A DNA stretch of 34,056 nt from the NCBI GenBank assembly GCA_026706325.1, contig JAPOYZ010000256.1:1-34056 (forward strand), read 5' to 3'. The position numbers and the translations under genes were made by a program. A model generated the notes under the pieces. It saw only the letters and a list, made by a program, of their open reading frames with translations, was not told the DNA's origin and did no database searches. Each line of letters begins with the position of its first letter. Positions within the stretch are counted from its first letter, which is position 1. Below, piece after piece: positions 1 through 8,643 of this stretch. Origin of the DNA: Candidatus Aminicenantes bacterium. Lineage in GTDB: Bacteria > Acidobacteriota > UBA6911 > RPQK01 > JAJDTT01.

Positions 1-1
1 C

Positions 2-874
2 GTGTCCATGGGTCCTCCCAGCTCCGGGGGCGTGATCCTCATCGAGATGCTGAACATGCTGGAGTTGGCGGGTCGCCGGCAGGAGACCACCGGGCGGCTC
101 CACCTGTTGGCGGAAATCATGCGCCGTGCCTTCGCCGACCGGGCCGCGACCATGGGGGACGCGGATTTCGCCGAGGTGCCCGTCGATCGTCTCCTGTCCC
201 GGAAACATGCCCGGGAAAGGTTGGAGGATCTGGACGAGACGGCCGCTACGGAGAGCAGCCAGGTTGCCGCGGGTCCGTTTGCCGAGGAGTCGCCGCAGAC
301 CACGCATCTCTCGGTGGTGGATCCCGCGGGGAGCGCGGTGGCCATCACCACCACCATCAATGGCAATTTCGGTTCCGGCGCCACCGTCAAGGGAGCCGGG
401 TTCCTGCTGAACAACGAAATGGACGACTTCACCTCCCGCCCGGGAGTCCCCAACATGTTCGGGCTGCTCCAGGGCGAGGCCAATGCCATCGCTCCCGGAA
501 AGCGGCCGCTGAGCGCCATGACGCCCACCCTCGTCAAGCAGGACGGCAAGGTCCTGCTGGTTCTGGGGAGTCCCGGCGGACCCACCATCATCAACACGGT
601 TCTGCAGATCATTCTCAACGTGTTGGACCAGGAGATGGATCTGTACGCGGCGGTCGATGAGCCCCGGATCCACCACCAGTGGATGCCCGACCGGATCGTG
701 GCCGAAACCGGCGCCCTGTCCCGAGAGGTCGAAGCCGAGTTGGAATCCCTGGGACACGAGGTGGTCTATCGCGGCCGGATCGGCGATGCCCACTGCATCC
801 GGGTGGACCCCGTCAGCGGCCTGCGGGAAGGTGTGGCCGACCCTCGCCTCTGGGGCGAGGCCCGCGGTTTCTAG
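2..874 (+). CDS. ggt: gamma-glutamyltransferase, C-terminal part (5' end outside window)
   Basis: The frame is open from the window edge. It contains the Ntn-hydrolase nucleophile region 'PQTTHLSVVD' plus 'TTTINGNFGSG', 'LLNNEMDDF' and 'GSPGGPTII', all typical of GGT. Stop TAG at 872-874. Confidence 0.9.
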   Translation: MSMGPPSSGGVILIEMLNMLELAGRRQETTGRLHLLAEIMRRAFADRAATMGDADFAEVPVDRLLSRKHARERLEDLDETAATESSQVAAGPFAEESPQTTHLSVVDPAGSAVAITTTINGNFGSGATVKGAGFLLNNEMDDFTSRPGVPNMFGLLQGEANAIAPGKRPLSAMTPTLVKQDGKVLLVLGSPGGPTIINTVLQIILNVLDQEMDLYAAVDEPRIHHQWMPDRIVAETGALSREVEAELESLGHEVVYRGRIGDAHCIRVDPVSGLREGVADPRLWGEARGF

Positions 875-2229
875 CTTCCGACCAGAATGAACCGGAGGTC
901 CATCACATTGGTCTGGGTGGGGCCGGTGATGATGAGGTCGCCCAGCTTCTCGAAAAAGTGGTAGGAGTCGTTGTCGCCCAGGTAGGAATCCGGATCGAGT
1001 CCCAGCGAACGGGACCGTCGTGCGGTTTCCGGTGTGGCCCAGGCCCCGGCGGCGTCGGTGGGACCGTCGTTGCCGTCCGAACCGATGGAGGCGATGAGCA
1101 GCGGCTCGTTTCCCCAACTCTCCATTTCGCGGGCGCACCAGAGGGCGAACTCCTGGTTCCTGCCGCCTTTTCCCGATCCGGTGACTCTGACCGTGGTCTC
1201 GCCTCCGGAGATGATGCAACAGGGTGGGGCGACCGGGTGGCCGCTCTGGAGCACTTCCCGGGCGATGCCCACGTGGACCTTGGCCACGTCCTCCGTGTTG
1301 CCGTAGACGGACGAAGAGAGGATCAGGGGTGCGAAGCCCAGGCGGCGGGATTCGTCTGCCGCCGCCTTCAGCGCCAGGATGTTGCTTCCCACCACGCGGT
1401 TCTGGACCTTCACGAAGGCCGGGTCGTTCTCTTTGGGGGTTTCCCGCGGGGCGTCCACTCCACCGGCGGCGCCCTCCTGCAGATACTGCAGCACGGGATC
1501 GGGCACGGCGGTCCGGATCCCGTACTGCGTCAGGATTCCCAGACAGTCTTCGAAGCGGGTGGGATCCGGCACGGTGGGTCCCGAGGCGATGCTGCTCACG
1601 TCGTCCCCGACCACGTCGGAGAGGAGCAGGGAGACCACCTGGGCGCCGTGGGTGTGCCGCAACAGGCGGCCTCCCTTGAATCGGCTCAGGTGCTTCCGAA
1701 TCGCGTTGATCTCATGGATGGTGGCGCCCGAGTTCAAGAGGACCGAGGTGGCCGCCTGCTTGTCGGAAAGCGTGATTCCCGGGACGGGGCAGGGGGTCAG
1801 GGCCGAACCGCCCCCCGAGATGAGCACCAGGAGAAGGTCCTGGGACGTCAGGTTCCGGTCCAGGAACTCCAGGATCCGGGACGTCGCGGCAACGCCGTTC
1901 TCATCCGGTTCGGGGTGCCCGGCCTCCAGCACCCGGGTTCTGTCCAGGACGCCGCCGTGCCCGTACTTGACCACCACCAGACCGCTGTTCAGACGATCTC
2001 CCAGGATCTGCTCGACGGCGCCGGCCATGGGAACGGCGGCCTTGCCGGCGCCGGCCAGGAAGATCTTGCGGAACTCCCGCAGCGGGTAGGCCCGGTCTCC
2101 CACGCGAAGCACTTCATCGTCCAGAAACAAGGAGTCTCGAACCGTCTGGCCCGGGTCCACCGCCGCCAGAGCCGCACGGTAGACAAGCTCGAGGATCCTT
2201 TCCAGCCGGATTGACTTCCCGCCGGTCAT
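871..2229 (-). CDS. glycerate 2-kinase / hydroxypyruvate reductase family protein (DUF4147 + MOFRL architecture)
   Basis: 452-aa ORF with 'FLAGAGKAA', 'ISGGGSAL', 'ISGGETTV', 'GKGGRNQE' and 'GSDGNDGPTDAAGA' motifs characteristic of the MOFRL glycerate kinase family. Its ATG overlaps the upstream stop as ATGA (2226-2229). Confidence 0.85.
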   Translation of the reverse strand: MTGGKSIRLERILELVYRAALAAVDPGQTVRDSLFLDDEVLRVGDRAYPLREFRKIFLAGAGKAAVPMAGAVEQILGDRLNSGLVVVKYGHGGVLDRTRVLEAGHPEPDENGVAATSRILEFLDRNLTSQDLLLVLISGGGSALTPCPVPGITLSDKQAATSVLLNSGATIHEINAIRKHLSRFKGGRLLRHTHGAQVVSLLLSDVVGDDVSSIASGPTVPDPTRFEDCLGILTQYGIRTAVPDPVLQYLQEGAAGGVDAPRETPKENDPAFVKVQNRVVGSNILALKAAADESRRLGFAPLILSSSVYGNTEDVAKVHVGIAREVLQSGHPVAPPCCIISGGETTVRVTGSGKGGRNQEFALWCAREMESWGNEPLLIASIGSDGNDGPTDAAGAWATPETARRSRSLGLDPDSYLGDNDSYHFFEKLGDLIITGPTQTNVMDLRFILVGS

Positions 2230-3362
2230 GATTTTCGGAATCCCGGCCAGGATGGCCCCTCGACGCGGTCCCGCGTGGGAGCGGCGCCCGACAGGTTCAG
2301 GTGTATGGCGTCATTCCTGGACGACCACACCGGAAAGCGTTCGTCAATCCGGTGCCAGATGTAGCCGAGGAGGCAGCCGAAACCGAGGCTGCCCACGATG
2401 AAGCAGACAGTGGCCAGTGCCGTTCGCAACAGCATGTCCAGAAAACTCCGGGCCTCGCCCGCTGGCTCCACTTGAACGGTCCGGTCGTGGACCCATTTCA
2501 CCGCCGGCGCCCATTGAACCTCTCCCAAGACGGCCTGTGCCCGGGATTCCGTTCCCAGAAAGACGGCCAGCAGCAGTCCGCTCCGTTTGATGTAGATGCC
2601 GTCGGGAGAAAAGAACGAATGCAACGAATTCTGCAGTTCGAGGAAGTAGTCGGCCGCCACGGACGGCGTCGGGTAGGCCAGCAGGAACAGGGAACCGACC
2701 TCCGGGCCATAGTCCGCGAAGGCCACTTCAACCCGGTCCTGGAAGCCGATCTTGTCCATGAGCGGGTCGGGGAAGCGATCGTTGTAGGCCAGGGCCGCCG
2801 GCCCCAGGTAGATGCCGACCGACTCCGTGACCAGGTCCTGACGCGGCAGGTGCAGCACGGTCACGGGATGGAGGTTGACGATGGGGATCGCTTCCACGAG
2901 AGCCGCCACGGCGGCCTTGAGCCGATCCCGCGCCTGGGGTCCCGCCCTGGCGGTGAGTCGAAACAGAAAGGGACCCCGCCAGAAGATACAACTCCCTTCT
3001 CTGTAGCGGTTCTCCACCGGCAACTCAAGCCGGTCCCGGGTCCCGGGCCGCAGCAGCGAATCGAGCCGGTACAATCCGAACGCGCCCTGCTGATGCAGGG
3101 TCTCGTGGACCTCCATCACCAGGGAGGAGTCGCCGGACCCCTGGAGGCGCCACCGGGAATAGGACTGAAGGGCGTATTCCTCCAGCACGGGCCGCGAAAA
3201 ATCCCCGGCTGCCCGTTCCAAGCCGCCGGACTTCTCGAGCAGGTGGAATCGGTACCCGGACAACCGTTCCAAATACCGCTGAACTCCCCCGGGCGCATCC
3301 TGGGAATGGAGCGGCGCCAGGAATGCGGAGAATACAAACCCATAGATCAAGGGCACTTTCAC
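2226..3362 (-). CDS. hypothetical exported protein with N-terminal signal peptide and C-terminal TM helix
   Basis: 378-aa ORF with a GTG start. Signal-like N-terminus 'MKVPLIYGFVFSAFLAPLHS' and a hydrophobic helix 'LLRTALATVCFIVGSLGFGCLLGYIW' near the C-terminus. Composition looks protein-like, unlike the R/P/G-rich antisense frames. I recognise no family. Confidence 0.7.
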   Translation of the reverse strand: MKVPLIYGFVFSAFLAPLHSQDAPGGVQRYLERLSGYRFHLLEKSGGLERAAGDFSRPVLEEYALQSYSRWRLQGSGDSSLVMEVHETLHQQGAFGLYRLDSLLRPGTRDRLELPVENRYREGSCIFWRGPFLFRLTARAGPQARDRLKAAVAALVEAIPIVNLHPVTVLHLPRQDLVTESVGIYLGPAALAYNDRFPDPLMDKIGFQDRVEVAFADYGPEVGSLFLLAYPTPSVAADYFLELQNSLHSFFSPDGIYIKRSGLLLAVFLGTESRAQAVLGEVQWAPAVKWVHDRTVQVEPAGEARSFLDMLLRTALATVCFIVGSLGFGCLLGYIWHRIDERFPVWSSRNDAIHLNLSGAAPTRDRVEGPSWPGFRKS

Positions 3363-3381
3363 GGCTCACACGCCTCTTCTT

Positions 3382-5034
3382 TCACTTCCCGCTACCCTTC
3401 CGGTCCCGCACCTGAATTCCGGCCACGTCTCCCTTGGGGCCGGCGTTTGCCAAGTCTTTGAGGTACTGTTTTACACCTTCGAACAGGGCTTCGGCGACCC
3501 TTTGATGGTTCTCGGCAGTGGTCAGGAACCTCTCTTCGTCCGGATTGCTGATGAATCCGACCTCGGTGAGGATGCTGGGCATGCTCGCTCCCATGAGCAC
3601 GATGAAGGGAGCCGTCTTGACGCCGCGGTTCAGGAATGGCCGACGGTGCTTCCTGATTCCCGAGAACAGGTTGGCCTGCACCACACCGGCCAGTTTACGC
3701 GACTCGGCGTTGTGGGTTCCCTTGGTGATCTGGCGCACCAGGTCTTCGAGCTCTCCGACCGTGCGTTGGGATGCGGCGTTCTCCCGCGTGGCCACTTCCT
3801 GGGCCGAAGCGGACTGGGCAAAGTTCAGGTAGAAGGTTTCCGCCCCGGTGGCCCGTCTCCCGCGGCTGGAGTTTCCGTGTATGGAGATGAAGAGATCGGC
3901 TTGGTGCTGGTTGGCGATGGCGGTACGCTCTTCCAGGGGGATGAAACGGTCGTCGTCCCGGGTCATGATCACTTGGGTGCCCAGGCGCTGTTCCAATAAC
4001 GGCTTCAAGCGTTTGGCAATGCTCAGGACCAGGTCCTTCTCCCGCAGGCCTCCGGGACCGATGGCTCCCGCGTCGTGACCGCCATGGCCCGGGTCCACGA
4101 CGACTCGTCCCACCTTCAATCCCAACACCCGGGTGAGGGTGAGGTCTTCCTGCGATCCGCGTCTGGCGGCCCTCCGCGTTTCCGGAGGTTTTCTGCGGGT
4201 CGCAACGGCCGAAGGGGCCGGACGAGCCGGTCGGGCAGTGCTGAACTCCCGGATCGTTTTGGCCTTCCGCCTGGAGCCGTGGCCATGGGCATCGATGACG
4301 ATGCGAAACGGTTCGAAGAGGGCGAACACGGTCTGTTTGCGGATCTTGTTGTAGTCCAGAACCACGCGGACCACCTCCGGGCGGTTTCTAGCGACACGGA
4401 TCCGTTTGATGAAGACGCCGTCCACGCTGATGGTTCGTCCATTCAGATCGGGCGCCGGGCGGGTTCCCGCAAGGTCGAAATAGATCCTGTCCGGTGACTG
4501 GAGGACCTGTTTTTCGAACTGCACCTCCCGGTCCAATTGGATGACGACCCGGGTGTAATTCTCGCTGGCGCGGTAGCGAATCTCGGAGACCACGGCCAGA
4601 GGCGTCTCTCCGGAAACCGGGGCCTTTCGGAGGACCAGCGTTTCCAACTGTCTGGCCCGGTCGAGGGCGGGAGCGCGATGGCGCGACCGCGGGTGTTCCC
4701 GGGCCAGGCGGCGATAGGCGCGAACGGCTTCCTGTCGGTATTCGCCCTGCGGCGCACGATCGGCCATGCGGTCGTACAGGGTTGCGACGGCGAAGAGGGA
4801 ATCAGCGGCGATCTCCGGATCCGGATCCAGGTCGACGACGCGGCGGTAGAGCGAGACGGCCTTCCGGTAGTCGGGGATCGACCGCGTGGATTCCGGTTTG
4901 GCCAGCAGCTCGAGTCCGAACCGGAAGGCCTCGGCGTAGGCCGATTCAGCGGCCTTGCGGTCCTGGCTCAGGATCGGGGACCCGCCAACGACCACCAGGA
5001 ACAGCGCCGGAAGCAGACGAAATCGGATCAGCAC
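3382..5034 (-). CDS. N-acetylmuramoyl-L-alanine amidase (AmiC-like, with AMIN domain and N-terminal TPR-like region)
   Basis: Amidase_3 motifs 'VVVDPGHGGHDAGAIG', 'FISIHGNS' and 'APFIVL'. AMIN-like segment 'VSEIRYRASENYTRVVIQLD...VVRVVLDY'. The track start at 5100 is a TTG. I prefer the GTG at 5034, which lies 7 nt after AAGGAG and begins the signal-like 'MLIRFRLLPALFLVVVGG'. Confidence 0.85.
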   Translation of the reverse strand: MLIRFRLLPALFLVVVGGSPILSQDRKAAESAYAEAFRFGLELLAKPESTRSIPDYRKAVSLYRRVVDLDPDPEIAADSLFAVATLYDRMADRAPQGEYRQEAVRAYRRLAREHPRSRHRAPALDRARQLETLVLRKAPVSGETPLAVVSEIRYRASENYTRVVIQLDREVQFEKQVLQSPDRIYFDLAGTRPAPDLNGRTISVDGVFIKRIRVARNRPEVVRVVLDYNKIRKQTVFALFEPFRIVIDAHGHGSRRKAKTIREFSTARPARPAPSAVATRRKPPETRRAARRGSQEDLTLTRVLGLKVGRVVVDPGHGGHDAGAIGPGGLREKDLVLSIAKRLKPLLEQRLGTQVIMTRDDDRFIPLEERTAIANQHQADLFISIHGNSSRGRRATGAETFYLNFAQSASAQEVATRENAASQRTVGELEDLVRQITKGTHNAESRKLAGVVQANLFSGIRKHRRPFLNRGVKTAPFIVLMGASMPSILTEVGFISNPDEERFLTTAENHQRVAEALFEGVKQYLKDLANAGPKGDVAGIQVRDRKGSGK

Positions 5035-5131
5035 AGCCACACTCCTTTGGCCCCGGGGTGGACTGATACCATCCGCAATTGTACACGCTGCGACTGTCAA
5101 CTTCGAAAATGTGAGGGTGGGGCCCCAGGCC

Positions 5132-5854
5132 CTAATAGGGATTCGATTGGGGGAGGTTGGTCAGCAGAACCCGCCCACTCGGTTGGACCACGCGAAGGAT
5201 CCGGTCGCCGGGGGCCCGCGCGGAGGCAAACCCGTAGAGCCGCCGGACCTTTTCCACGTAGTCGATGGTTTCCGGGTACGGAGGGACGCCCCCGTATCGG
5301 ATCACCGCGTTCTCTCCCGCGTTGTATCCCGCGAGAGCCAGTTCCAGGTCGCCTTGGAAATAGTCGAGGAGGAATTCCAGGTATCGAACTCCTCCTTCGA
5401 TGTTCTGGACCGGATCGAACACATCGTGGACGCCGAACCGGCGAGCCGTATCGGGGTGCAGTTGCATCAGTCCCAGGCATCCCTTGGGAGAGACGGCTTC
5501 CGGGCGGAAGTTGCTTTCGACGCGGATGACGGCGTTCACCAAATCCATGTCCACGCCGTAGCGCAGGGAGATTTCCTGTACCGTGGATTGATAGAGGCCG
5601 GGTCCGTGGCCGGGTCGAAAGCGCAGGCCGTGCCGTTCCGGCCGGGGCGGGACCAGGTTGGTGAGCACGCGCACGCCGTCTTCTCTCCAATAGCTGTGGA
5701 TTCGGTTCGCCAGCAGGGAAGGCGACGCCACAAGCAGCACCAGCAACAAAACCATCATTTGCCGGATAGGATGCTGCGGCCGCCGGAATGGCCGAGTCGA
5801 AATCGGGATGATTCGATGCGTTGTGCCGGTCGCCGCCATTCGAGTCTCTCGCAC
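5132..5854 (-). CDS. lytic transglycosylase domain protein (SLT/GH23)
   Basis: 'VIRVESNFRPEAVSPKGCLGLMQL' and 'LAGYNAGENAV' SLT motifs. The start is uncertain: GTG 5854, ATG 5839, or ATG 5758 just before the hydrophobic 'MMVLLLVLLVASPSLLA'. Confidence 0.85.
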   Translation of the reverse strand: MRETRMAATGTTHRIIPISTRPFRRPQHPIRQMMVLLLVLLVASPSLLANRIHSYWREDGVRVLTNLVPPRPERHGLRFRPGHGPGLYQSTVQEISLRYGVDMDLVNAVIRVESNFRPEAVSPKGCLGLMQLHPDTARRFGVHDVFDPVQNIEGGVRYLEFLLDYFQGDLELALAGYNAGENAVIRYGGVPPYPETIDYVEKVRRLYGFASARAPGDRILRVVQPSGRVLLTNLPQSNPY

Positions 5855-5871
5855 CTAGTGTAACCCGAATT

Positions 5872-8514
5872 TCAGTTCAGCGACTCTTCCACCAGCCGGT
5901 AGGTCTGCTCCAGGGCTTCTCCCAGCCTGGAAACGTCCCTGCCTCCGGCTTCGGCCATGTCGGGCCGTCCGCCTCCGCCTCCTCCCACCAGCCGGGCCAG
6001 CTTGCGGATCAGAACTTGGGCCTGGATCCGATCGGTCAGATCGTCGCTGACCATGGCGATCAGGCTGACCTTCCCGTCGATGGGGGTTCCCAGTACCACG
6101 ACCCCCGACTGGAGCCGGTTCTTGAGTTGATCGGCCAGTCGGCGCAACGAGCTCCGGTCAAGGTCCGCCACCTCTTCGGCCACGACGCGAATTCCCCGGA
6201 CCCGGCGCGACCGGTCCAGGGTGTCCAGGCTCTTCTGCCCGGCCAACTTCAACTGCAGGGCGTCGACCTGCTTCCGGGCCTGCTTGAGCTCCTCCAGGGA
6301 CTTTTGGATCGCCTCTTCCAGGTCCGACATGGGAGTCTTCAATCGCCGGGCGAGACTGGATACGACGGCGTCCATCCGGGAGTAACGGGACATGGCCGCC
6401 TCCCCCGTCAGAGCTTCGATTCTCCGCACGCCGGCGGAGACGCTTCCTTCGCCGGTGATCTTGAAGAGGCCGATCTCTCCGGTCCTTCCCACGTGGGTGC
6501 CGCCGCAGAGCTCCATGCTGAAATCGGGAATGGAGACCACCCGCACCTGCGAATCGTATTTCTCTCCGAAAAGTGCGGTGGCGCCTTCCTCCAGGGCTTG
6601 ATCCAGGCTCCGGACACGGGTGTCGACACCGCTGTCGCGGCGGATTTCCCGGTTGACCAGATCCTCCACATGGGAAAGCTCCTCCGGCGTCACCGACCGG
6701 AAGTGGGTGAAGTCGAACCGGAGACGGTCGGGGGCGACAAGGGATCCGGCCTGCTTGACGTGGACTCCCAGGATCCGGCGCAAGGCGGCGTGCATGAGGT
6801 GTGTCGAAGTGTGGTTTCGGGCGGTGGCCTGACGCCGGGGAAGATCCACACTGGAGCGAACGGCGTCTCCCGGCTTGAGATCGCCCTGTTGGACACGGAC
6901 GCGGGAGAGGCGCAGGCCCTGGGCTGGAGCGTAGGTGTCGACGATCCGGAATTGGGCGGAGTCGGTCTCCAGGGTCCCCTGGTCTCCGACCTGGCCTCCC
7001 GCTTCGGCATAGAAAGGACTGCGGTCCAGCACCACTTCGCCCTCTTCTCCAGGTCCCAGCCGCGGAACCACTTTCTGGTTCCCCACCAGTGCCAGGACCG
7101 AGCCCGGGACGGCTTCCAGTTGCTCGTAACCCGTAAACTCCGTTACGTACCCCTTTCCGGCCAACTCCTGGTGCACCGGCTGCAAGGTCTTGCCCGCCCC
7201 TTTCCAACTGGCGCGGGCCCGCTGCCGCTGCTTCTCCATCTCGGCGAAGAAACCGGGCTCATCGATCTCCAGGGAGCGCTCCTGGGCCAGGTCCCGCGCC
7301 AGGTCCAGGGGAAACCCGTAGGTGTCGTAGAGCCGGAACAGATCCTCGCCCGGGAGTGTTGCGCCACCCGATCCCCGAACCCCATCCACGATCTCTTCGA
7401 ACAGGCCCATTCCGTGGTCGAGCGTGGCCCGGAACTTCTCCTCCTCGTAGCGCACCACCCGCGCCAGGTACTCCCGTTGGGGCTCCAGATCGGGATAGGG
7501 CTCGCTCATCAGGTCGGCCGCCAGGGTGGCCAGAGTGAACAGGAAAGGTTCTTCCCTACCCAGCAACTGACCGTGGCGAGTGGCGCGCCGCAGGATTTTT
7601 CTGAGCACGTAGCCGCGGCCCTCGTTGTCCGGAATGACCCCGTCCCCGATGAGGAACGCGCACGCGCGGCTGTGGTCGGCCAGGATGCGCAGGCTCACGT
7701 CCGTCCGCTCGTCGTTTCCATAGGAGTTGGAGGTGAGGCGCGCGGCCTCCTGGATGAGAGGTTGGAACAGATCGGTGTCGTAGTTGCTGGTCACGCCCTG
7801 AAGAATCGCCGTGATGCGTTCCAGGCCCATGCCCGTATCGATGGATGGTGAGGGCAGGGAAGAGGTTCGGCCCTGGGAATCCCGGTTGAGCTGCATGAAG
7901 ACCAGGTTCCAGATCTCCACGTAACGGCCGCATTCGCATCCCAACTCGCAGTCCCGGTGACCCAGCGGACTGACGCCCAGGTCGAAGTGCAGCTCGGCAC
8001 AGGGTCCGCAGGGGCCGGTGTCTCCCATGGCCCAGAAGTTGTCCTCCTCTCCCAGGCGGTAGACCCGCTCCCGGGGAACGCCGATGTCTTTGCGCCAGAG
8101 TCCGTAGGCTTCGTCGTCGTCCTTGTAGACCGTGGCGTGGAGCCGGCGGGCCTCGAGGCCGTACACCTCGGTGCACAAGTCCCAGGCGAACCGGACGGCC
8201 TCTCGCTTGAAGTAGTCTCCGAACGAGAAGTTCCCCAGCATCTCGAAGAAGGTGTGGTGGAGGGGCGTTCGGCCCACGGTGTCCAGATCGTTGTGCTTGC
8301 CGCTCACCCGCATGCATTTCTGACAGGTGACGGCGCGTTTGTACTCCCTTTGTTCCAGGCCCAGAAAGACCTCCTTGAACTGATTCATCCCGGCGTTGGT
8401 GAAGAGCAGCGTCGGATCGTCTCCTGGAATCAGGGAACTGCTCTTGACGACGCGATGGCCTTGTTCCCGGAAGAAATCCAGAAAGGTGGTGCGAATTTCC
8501 GCGGATGTCTTCAT
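5872..8514 (-). CDS. alaS: alanine--tRNA ligase
   Basis: Canonical AlaRS N-terminus 'MKTSAEIRTTFLDFFREQGHRVVKSSSL', 'FTNAGMNQFK', the editing-domain 'HTSTHLMHAALR' and the C-terminal DHHA1-like 'GGGGGGRPDMAEAGG'. The 36-codon upstream extension in the track (to 8622) is Arg/Pro-rich and runs through a repeat element. Confidence 0.95.
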   Translation of the reverse strand: MKTSAEIRTTFLDFFREQGHRVVKSSSLIPGDDPTLLFTNAGMNQFKEVFLGLEQREYKRAVTCQKCMRVSGKHNDLDTVGRTPLHHTFFEMLGNFSFGDYFKREAVRFAWDLCTEVYGLEARRLHATVYKDDDEAYGLWRKDIGVPRERVYRLGEEDNFWAMGDTGPCGPCAELHFDLGVSPLGHRDCELGCECGRYVEIWNLVFMQLNRDSQGRTSSLPSPSIDTGMGLERITAILQGVTSNYDTDLFQPLIQEAARLTSNSYGNDERTDVSLRILADHSRACAFLIGDGVIPDNEGRGYVLRKILRRATRHGQLLGREEPFLFTLATLAADLMSEPYPDLEPQREYLARVVRYEEEKFRATLDHGMGLFEEIVDGVRGSGGATLPGEDLFRLYDTYGFPLDLARDLAQERSLEIDEPGFFAEMEKQRQRARASWKGAGKTLQPVHQELAGKGYVTEFTGYEQLEAVPGSVLALVGNQKVVPRLGPGEEGEVVLDRSPFYAEAGGQVGDQGTLETDSAQFRIVDTYAPAQGLRLSRVRVQQGDLKPGDAVRSSVDLPRRQATARNHTSTHLMHAALRRILGVHVKQAGSLVAPDRLRFDFTHFRSVTPEELSHVEDLVNREIRRDSGVDTRVRSLDQALEEGATALFGEKYDSQVRVVSIPDFSMELCGGTHVGRTGEIGLFKITGEGSVSAGVRRIEALTGEAAMSRYSRMDAVVSSLARRLKTPMSDLEEAIQKSLEELKQARKQVDALQLKLAGQKSLDTLDRSRRVRGIRVVAEEVADLDRSSLRRLADQLKNRLQSGVVVLGTPIDGKVSLIAMVSDDLTDRIQAQVLIRKLARLVGGGGGGRPDMAEAGGRDVSRLGEALEQTYRLVEESLN

Positions 8515-8597
8515 GGTTGCGTTCTCAGGTTGAGGGCGACGGTTCGGAGGGACGGGTGAGGCGTTTCGGAAATCATCCGGCTCCCGCCGGGTCCGGG

Positions 8598-8627
8598 GGC
8601 GAAAATCCTGCGCGGTCGTCACGCCCC
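8598..8627. repeat. 30-nt intergenic repeat, copy A (GGCGAAAATCCTGCGCGGTCGTCACGCCCC)
   Basis: Direct comparison with 21619-21648 gives 29/30 identity in the same orientation, with partial similarity extending a further ~8 nt on the right. Lies between the ilvE stop and the alaS start. Confidence 0.8.
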
Positions 8628-8643
8628 TGGTGAGAAATGCGGG

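Noticed and set aside
679-2214. Long ORFs antisense to real genes. Examples: 679-2214(+) 511 aa, 5821-7851(+) 676 aa, 13922-15376(+) 484 aa, 19937-20881(+) 314 aa, 25610-27220(-) 536 aa, 28215-29729(+) 504 aa and 30521-31750(+) 409 aa.
   Set aside because: All are extremely Arg/Pro/Gly/His-rich with no recognisable motifs. All lie opposite genes with unmistakable family signatures. Stop-free antisense frames are expected in high-GC genomes with G/C-rich third codon positions.
5090-5101. 12-mer GCGACTGTCAAC shared between 5090-5101 and 16570-16581. On the minus strand it reads GTTGACAGTCGC and contains a perfect TTGACA upstream of the amidase and rsmA.
   Set aside because: A 12-nt match is expected many times by chance among all word pairs in 34 kb on both strands. 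No suitably spaced -10 element follows either copy. It was kept only as a note on possible -35 elements.
8515-8622. N-terminal extensions suggested by the ORF track: alaS to 8622, rnj to 16261, rsmA to 16707, DUF1501 to 30311, VWA to 10804 and the receptor to 21079.
   Set aside because: The extensions are Arg/Pro-rich, overlap upstream genes or intergenic repeats, and precede internal starts that give canonical N-termini, signal peptides or good RBSs.
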